The notes beneath the pieces were generated by a model. The model searched no databases and was not told the DNA's origin. It saw only the letters and a list, made by a program, of their open reading frames with translations. Shown in pieces: positions 58,918-63,444 of a stretch of DNA of 63,444 bases (its first letter is position 1; each line of letters opens with the position of its first letter). Location of the stretch: the NCBI GenBank assembly GCA_045656825.1, contig JAZORY010000062.1, positions 1 to 63,444 of the forward strand, written 5' to 3'. This stretch comes from Candidatus Avispirillum sp. GTDB taxonomy: Bacteria; Bacillota; Clostridia; Oscillospirales; CAG-272. Made by a program: the position numbers and the translations under genes.

Positions 58918-59409
58918 ATGGGAAAGATAAATATTGTATTATGGGAGCCGGAAATCCCTCAGAACACCGGCAATATCGCGCGCACCTGCGCCGTAACCGG
59001 CGCAAGCCTACATCTCATCGAGCCTCTCGGCTTCAAAATAGACGATGCAAAGCTGAAGCGCGCAGGACTAGATTATTGGCATAGCCTTGATATCACCTTT
59101 TATAAAAACGTCGACGAATTCTTCGAGAAAAATCCCGACGCCGCCTTTTATTGCTTCACAACAAAAGCTCCGAGAGCGTATAGCGAGGTGGAATATCCCC
59201 TCCCCGTCTATCTCTTTTTCGGCAAAGAAACAAAGGGCTTGCCCGAGGATTTTCTCCACGAAAATTATGAAAAATGCGTGCGACTGCCTATGCGCGACGG
59301 TCAGCGAAGCCTGAATCTGTCAAACACAGTTGCCGTTGCAGTTTACGAGGTGCTCCGTCAGCATGGCTTCCCCGAGCTTGAGGCTGAAGGAAAGCTCACA
59401 ACTTATTAA
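58918..59409 (+). CDS. trmL: tRNA (cytidine34-2'-O)-methyltransferase
   Basis: PEIPQNTGNIAR, KRAGLDYW, FGKETKGLP, RSLNLSN. Confidence 0.95.
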   Translation: MGKINIVLWEPEIPQNTGNIARTCAVTGASLHLIEPLGFKIDDAKLKRAGLDYWHSLDITFYKNVDEFFEKNPDAAFYCFTTKAPRAYSEVEYPLPVYLFFGKETKGLPEDFLHENYEKCVRLPMRDGQRSLNLSNTVAVAVYEVLRQHGFPELEAEGKLTTY

Positions 59410-59426
59410 AAGAGAGGAATAAAACT

Positions 59427-60044
59427 ATGAAAATTCTTTTTCAGGGCGATAGTATAACAGACGGCGGCCGCGACCGCAATAATCCTCATCACGTTGGCTG
59501 GGGCTTTGCGCTCTATGCAACAAGATATCTCACAGCCCGCCATCCTGAAATGGATTTCGAATTTCTTAATTTCGGCATCGCAGGAAATCAGAGCTCTGAC
59601 CTTGTTGGCAGATGGACAACAGATTGCATTGATTGGCAGCCCGACGTTGTTTGCGTTATGATAGGCGTTAACGATACGTGGCACCGTGCACATAACCGCC
59701 AGTGGCTCTCCGATGAGCAGTTTGAAGAGAACTACCGCAACATTCTGGAAAGAGTTAAAAAGGAAACAAATGCTAAGATCATTATGATGGAGCAGTTTTT
59801 GCTTCCCGCAGAGGATAAGGAATATTTCCGCGAGGACGTCAATCCTAAAATAATGATCACAAGAAAGCTTGCAAGAGAATATGCGGACGTTTATATTCCT
59901 CTTGACGGATATTTTGCCGCTGCCTGCGTGGGAAAGGATTTCTGGTTCTGGTCTGAGGACGGAGTTCATCCTAATAACAACGGCTGCGCCCTTATCGGTC
60001 GCCACGTTGCAGATGCTCTTGATAAAATCATTGAGAATAAGTAA
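59427..60044 (+). CDS. SGNH/GDSL hydrolase
   Basis: FQGDSIT, GIAGN, IGVND, DGVHP. Confidence 0.92.
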   Translation: MKILFQGDSITDGGRDRNNPHHVGWGFALYATRYLTARHPEMDFEFLNFGIAGNQSSDLVGRWTTDCIDWQPDVVCVMIGVNDTWHRAHNRQWLSDEQFEENYRNILERVKKETNAKIIMMEQFLLPAEDKEYFREDVNPKIMITRKLAREYADVYIPLDGYFAAACVGKDFWFWSEDGVHPNNNGCALIGRHVADALDKIIENK

Positions 60045-60093
60045 ATAAAAACGGCGGACATCCGCCTTGATATATCTTGCTATAAATGACAGC

Positions 60094-60127
60094 AAAAAAA
60101 CACAGAGTTTTGAACTCTGTGTTTTTT
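60094..60127. terminator. Bidirectional terminator carried inside the cassette
   Basis: AAAAAACACAGAGTT..AACTCTGTGTTTTTT. Confidence 0.88.
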
Positions 60128-60170
60128 ATATGAGTTAAAAAATTCTATTAGCATCAAGTTTTTCTATGAT

Positions 60171-62951
60171 TTAACGTTTGTCTGTCAATTTTTGATACAT
60201 CTTCATAAGCTCTGCAACACATTCGGATTCGGTGTTGAGTTTGCCCCAGAAACCATAGGCGCGCATAACTGCTTTGTCATTTTCCTGATGTGCCTTGCGG
60301 AGTTCGGGCGGCATAGCAACTTCGTCATACAAATCTGCAAGAGTGCAATCGGGATAGAGTGCGCGAGCATCAAGAATTGCCTGCGCAGTTTTTTCAATAG
60401 CCGCTTTCTGTTCGTCGGTAGGTGTCGGCCAGAGGAAATTATTGTATACGATATTAACCGAATATCTATAACGCATTTCTAATCTTCCACAAACCGCACG
60501 CATCCAAGCCATATGAACATTAGAAGTCAAAACGCCAAAATGATAAATTGTTGCATCCGGTACAAATGATGCAGCATTACTTGCTATTACGTTTTTATCA
60601 AGATATCCTATTGGTACATAACGTCTATTCTCGGAAGATGTTGCAGGTATCATTAGGAAATCAGAGTTAGGTTGCTTAATTTCCATAAAACGAGTAGGAT
60701 ATGCTGCATATTCACGTGTTGCCGCTTTAACACTGGCTGCTCTAAACTCACGCACTTTTTCGACTCTTTCCATCACATGCGGCAAAGAGCGAAGGTCTTT
60801 TGGAGAGGCATTTAACAACCATAGACACCAACGAGTATGACCATTTATAAAATCGTCTGAACCCATAAAAGGTCTAAAATAGAGATCGGCATTAGGTTCT
60901 ATTGCCAAGAATTCTTCCTTTTCTTGTTCAGTGAAAATCAGATTACCACCCTCAACGGGTTTTCCGCCACTACTCATAGAGGGAACATCTGCTAGGGGTT
61001 TTGTTCTGCTTTCTACAAATACATCGGGTGCTTCTATAAGGTAAGCGTTGATATTTTTAACAAGCTGCATTCTTTCAGAAGAATATAACTGCTTTTCACG
61101 TAGATTATAGGCGGTACTAAATCCAACTATTACACAGTGAACGTGTGCTTTAACACTTGCTTCACTATCCCAACGGAATGTACGGTGAGCAAAGTCAATA
61201 TGAATATTAAAACGGTCATATAGTGGTTTCCATACAGCAGCCACCTGTTCACCTTGTGTAATAGAATTGGTCGATACAAACGCAACACGGATATTTGTGT
61301 TTGCAATCATTTGGGCAGCCTTAAAATACCAACCAGCAACATAGTCAATTTTTCCGGCGGTTTTGTATGGTTTGCCTTTTTCATCTACATAAATTGAGAG
61401 AATATCCTGTTTTTGCTCTGTTGTCTGTAACGAGTAACCAACAAAAGGCGGATTACCCATTATATAATTGAGCTGGTTCTTCGGAACAACAGTTTCCCAA
61501 TCAGTAGTAAGAGCATTGCCTTCTACAATATTTGCATAGGATTTAAGGGGTAGGAAATCAAGGATAACGTGCGTAATAAGCTCCGTTTCCTTCATCATTT
61601 GGCTTTCAGCAATCCAAAGTGCAGTCTTGGCAACAGTAACGGCAAAGTCGTTGATTTCAATACCATAAAATTGACCGATAGACACTTTGATAATGTCTGT
61701 AAAATCAATTAACATTTGTCCTTGCTTAACAACCTCAATAGCCTCATTTTCCAAACGGCGCAGAGAAATATAGGTTTCGGTCAAAAAGTTACCCGAACCA
61801 CAAGCAGGATCAAAGAAAGTAAGGCTACCGAGTTTTTCACGGAAAGTATGAATTTTTCTTTCTCTTGTTTTTTCAACCTTAATTGCTTTGATTTCTTCCA
61901 ATTCTTCGCGCAATTCATCGAGGAATAGCGGGTCAATAACTTTATGTATGTTTTCGATAGAAGTATAGTGCATACCCCCGCTACGACGGGTTTCGGGATT
62001 CAAAGTGCTTTCAAATACTGCACCGAAAATAGTGGGGCTGATATCACTCCAGTCGAAATCCTCACTTGCATTATGGAGAAGCAAATCACGAATATCATCA
62101 TTCATTTGCGGAATTTCAATATTTTCATCCGCAAACAGTCCACCATTTACATATGGGAATGAGGCAAGTTGCTCATCTTCATACGGATCACGATCTTCAG
62201 GTTTTGTGTCAAGGATTTTGAACAGTTCAATCAAAGCCTTTCGCATATCGCGTGCAGAGAAAGACTTGATATAATTATGGAATTTGGAGTGCCCGCCGAA
62301 TACACCGGCATCTTCTGCATAAAGGCAAAAAACAAGACGGACGATGAGCTTGTTAAGGCTTTTGAGAGACTCTTCATTTTGGGGATCGTGATACTGTTTT
62401 AAGATTTCATCATACAGTATGCCAACCAAATTACCTGCCTGAATGGAAACTTCCATTTCCCTACGGATATTATCATCGCCGGTATCTACAAGGAACATAA
62501 GACGATAATATTCCTTGGCAAGATCTTTTACAAAAATCTGCTCCGGCTCGCCGTTAGGCTTTTCCATATCATAAACAAGGAATTCTTCGAAATTGCAAGT
62601 TATAATCCAACGAGGACGCTGTGAATACGGCAGAACAGCAGAATAACGCTGTGCCTGTTGGAACGGAGTGAGCAAGGTGCCATCCGACTGTTTGATAGGT
62701 TTGCGAAGGTCTTTATTGCGACCTTTCTGCTCAATAAGCACGTGTGTTGCCGGGATAAAACCATCAATAAAGCTTGTGTGGTCAAGTCGCACTTGTTCCT
62801 CGAATGTAATGAATTTTTCAGGAGCTTCTACACCCAAGACATCACGAAGAAGCGATAGCCAAAACGGTTGGCTTTCTCCCTTTTCATATCCTCTGTCTTT
62901 CCAATATTCAGCAAAGGCTTTCGCAGCAGCTCTTTGTTCTGTGTCGCGCAT
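60171..62951 (-). CDS. MmeI-family Type IIL fused endonuclease/m6A methyltransferase
   Basis: N-terminal IDG..LIEQK nuclease motif, FPYVNGGLF, GMHYTS, DPACGSGNF, GNPPF, STNSITQGEQ, GRLEMRYRYS, LADLYD. Confidence 0.92.
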   Translation of the reverse strand: MRDTEQRAAAKAFAEYWKDRGYEKGESQPFWLSLLRDVLGVEAPEKFITFEEQVRLDHTSFIDGFIPATHVLIEQKGRNKDLRKPIKQSDGTLLTPFQQAQRYSAVLPYSQRPRWIITCNFEEFLVYDMEKPNGEPEQIFVKDLAKEYYRLMFLVDTGDDNIRREMEVSIQAGNLVGILYDEILKQYHDPQNEESLKSLNKLIVRLVFCLYAEDAGVFGGHSKFHNYIKSFSARDMRKALIELFKILDTKPEDRDPYEDEQLASFPYVNGGLFADENIEIPQMNDDIRDLLLHNASEDFDWSDISPTIFGAVFESTLNPETRRSGGMHYTSIENIHKVIDPLFLDELREELEEIKAIKVEKTRERKIHTFREKLGSLTFFDPACGSGNFLTETYISLRRLENEAIEVVKQGQMLIDFTDIIKVSIGQFYGIEINDFAVTVAKTALWIAESQMMKETELITHVILDFLPLKSYANIVEGNALTTDWETVVPKNQLNYIMGNPPFVGYSLQTTEQKQDILSIYVDEKGKPYKTAGKIDYVAGWYFKAAQMIANTNIRVAFVSTNSITQGEQVAAVWKPLYDRFNIHIDFAHRTFRWDSEASVKAHVHCVIVGFSTAYNLREKQLYSSERMQLVKNINAYLIEAPDVFVESRTKPLADVPSMSSGGKPVEGGNLIFTEQEKEEFLAIEPNADLYFRPFMGSDDFINGHTRWCLWLLNASPKDLRSLPHVMERVEKVREFRAASVKAATREYAAYPTRFMEIKQPNSDFLMIPATSSENRRYVPIGYLDKNVIASNAASFVPDATIYHFGVLTSNVHMAWMRAVCGRLEMRYRYSVNIVYNNFLWPTPTDEQKAAIEKTAQAILDARALYPDCTLADLYDEVAMPPELRKAHQENDKAVMRAYGFWGKLNTESECVAELMKMYQKLTDKR

Positions 62952-62987
62952 AATAATCTTTCTCCTATGGAAGTTTAAGACAAAAAC

Positions 62988-63016
62988 ATTATATCATATA
63001 ATAAATTATTATTCAA
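62988..63016 (-). promoter_or_regulatory. sigmaA promoter of the MmeI-like gene
   Basis: TTGAAT-17-TATAAT with extended TG; AGGAGA SD at 62961-62966. Confidence 0.8.
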
Positions 63017-63177
63017 GAACTGTCTCATTCCGCAACAAGCCGAAAAATGCACATCACATTTTCCAAATCTTTAGGATTATTAGAGTTCTACTAGTATCCG
63101 CCGTTTTTGTTTTGACTTCTTACCTAACGTACAACGTTAAAACAATTTATATTACAAAAAAAGACTAATAAAAACCC

Positions 63178-63206
63178 TTGACAAATAAAAACCTATATGA
63201 TAATAT
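63178..63206 (+). promoter_or_regulatory. tRNA promoter
   Basis: TTGACA-17-TAATAT with extended TG. Confidence 0.65.
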
Positions 63207-63231
63207 ATCATTTGCCTTGGCAACAAGCTAA

Positions 63232-63308
63232 GGGCCTTTAGCTCAGTTGGTTAGAGCTACCGGCTCATAACCGGTCGGTCCTGGGTTCGAGTCCCCGAAG
63301 GCCCACCA
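63232..63308 (+). tRNA. tRNA-Ile2 (anticodon CAT, lysidine-modified)
   Basis: 77-nt cloverleaf: GGGCCTT/AAGGCCC acceptor, ACCGG-CTCATAA-CCGGT, TTCGAGT, ACCA end; C4-G69/C5-G68 pairs and overall sequence fit Ile2; one T-stem mismatch. Confidence 0.9.
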
Positions 63309-63348
63309 AAAGAAAAAGCACACCATTTGGTGTGCTTTTTCTTTTGGT
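63305..63348 (+). terminator. tRNA terminator, perfect 21-bp inverted repeat starting in the ACCA end
   Basis: ACCAAAAGAAAAAGCACACCA-TT-TGGTGTGCTTTTTCTTTTGGT. Confidence 0.9.
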
Positions 63349-63362
63349 AGACCTTCATTGAC

Positions 63363-63428
63363 GGGACTCGAAAGGGCGGTCGCATGCCGTAGGCGCGACT
63401 AAAATGCTCCGGTGGAGCATTTTTAGCC
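63363..63428. repeat. Structured tRNA-associated repeat-like element (may extend beyond the window)
   Basis: GGGACTCGAA (anti-T-loop), then hairpins GTCGC..GCGAC and AAAATGCTCC-GGT-GGAGCATTTT. Confidence 0.55.
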
Positions 63429-63444
63429 CGTAGCGCTAAGCTAA

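Larger units (their letters stand above)
60060..63102. mobile_element. Single-gene R-M cassette bounded by ATCCGCC direct repeats, inserted in a terminator
   Basis: ATCCGCC at 60060-60066 and 63096-63102; the flanks join into AAAAACGGCGG-ACAT-CCGCCGTTTTT. Confidence 0.7.

Noticed and set aside
62668-63168. 166-aa ORF as a mobility gene for the cassette
   Set aside because: Mostly antisense to the R-M gene, crosses the cassette boundary and has no recombinase motif.
63232-63308. tRNA-Met or fMet call from the CAT anticodon
   Set aside because: G1-C72 is paired, there is no triple G-C anticodon stem, and the acceptor stem fits Ile2.
60171-63308. Classic tRNA-integrated island carrying the R-M gene
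   Set aside because: The gene lies upstream of the tRNA promoter, no direct duplicate of the tRNA end was seen, there is no integrase, and the boundaries map to the SGNH terminator instead.

Overview
A 63.4 kb stretch of chromosome from an anaerobic, spore-forming Clostridia member. An Oscillospirales/Ruminococcaceae-like lineage is inferred from gene content, not from a marker gene. Most of it is core genome: DUF815-ilvA-ridA, the yicC-remA-gmk-rpoZ-priA-def-fmt-rsmB-rlmN operon, T-box-controlled valS, queA, miaA, asd, yybS-gdpP-rplI-dnaB, spoVAD-spoVAE, ddh, murI, mscL, secA, trmL and a tRNA-Ile2(CAT). Accessory content includes an hfsABCD-type sensory/catalytic [FeFe]-hydrogenase operon, three tandem cyclophilin domains, a secreted cohesin+dockerin protein, a YtrA-like GntR/ABC operon and an MmeI-family restriction-modification gene. 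The strongest signals are two apparent insertions with no recombinase gene in the window. (1) The MmeI gene, with its own promoter and terminator, sits between two ATCCGCC direct repeats; removing it rebuilds a perfect terminator hairpin for the upstream gene. (2) A ~300 bp mosaic of palindromic repeats is bounded by an exact 14-bp direct repeat, and the same repeat family recurs on the other side of the GntR/ABC operon. The tRNA is followed by an antisense mirror of its own 3' end. No CRISPR array, rRNA, prophage, transposase or integrase was found. All family assignments come from motif recognition, not database searches.
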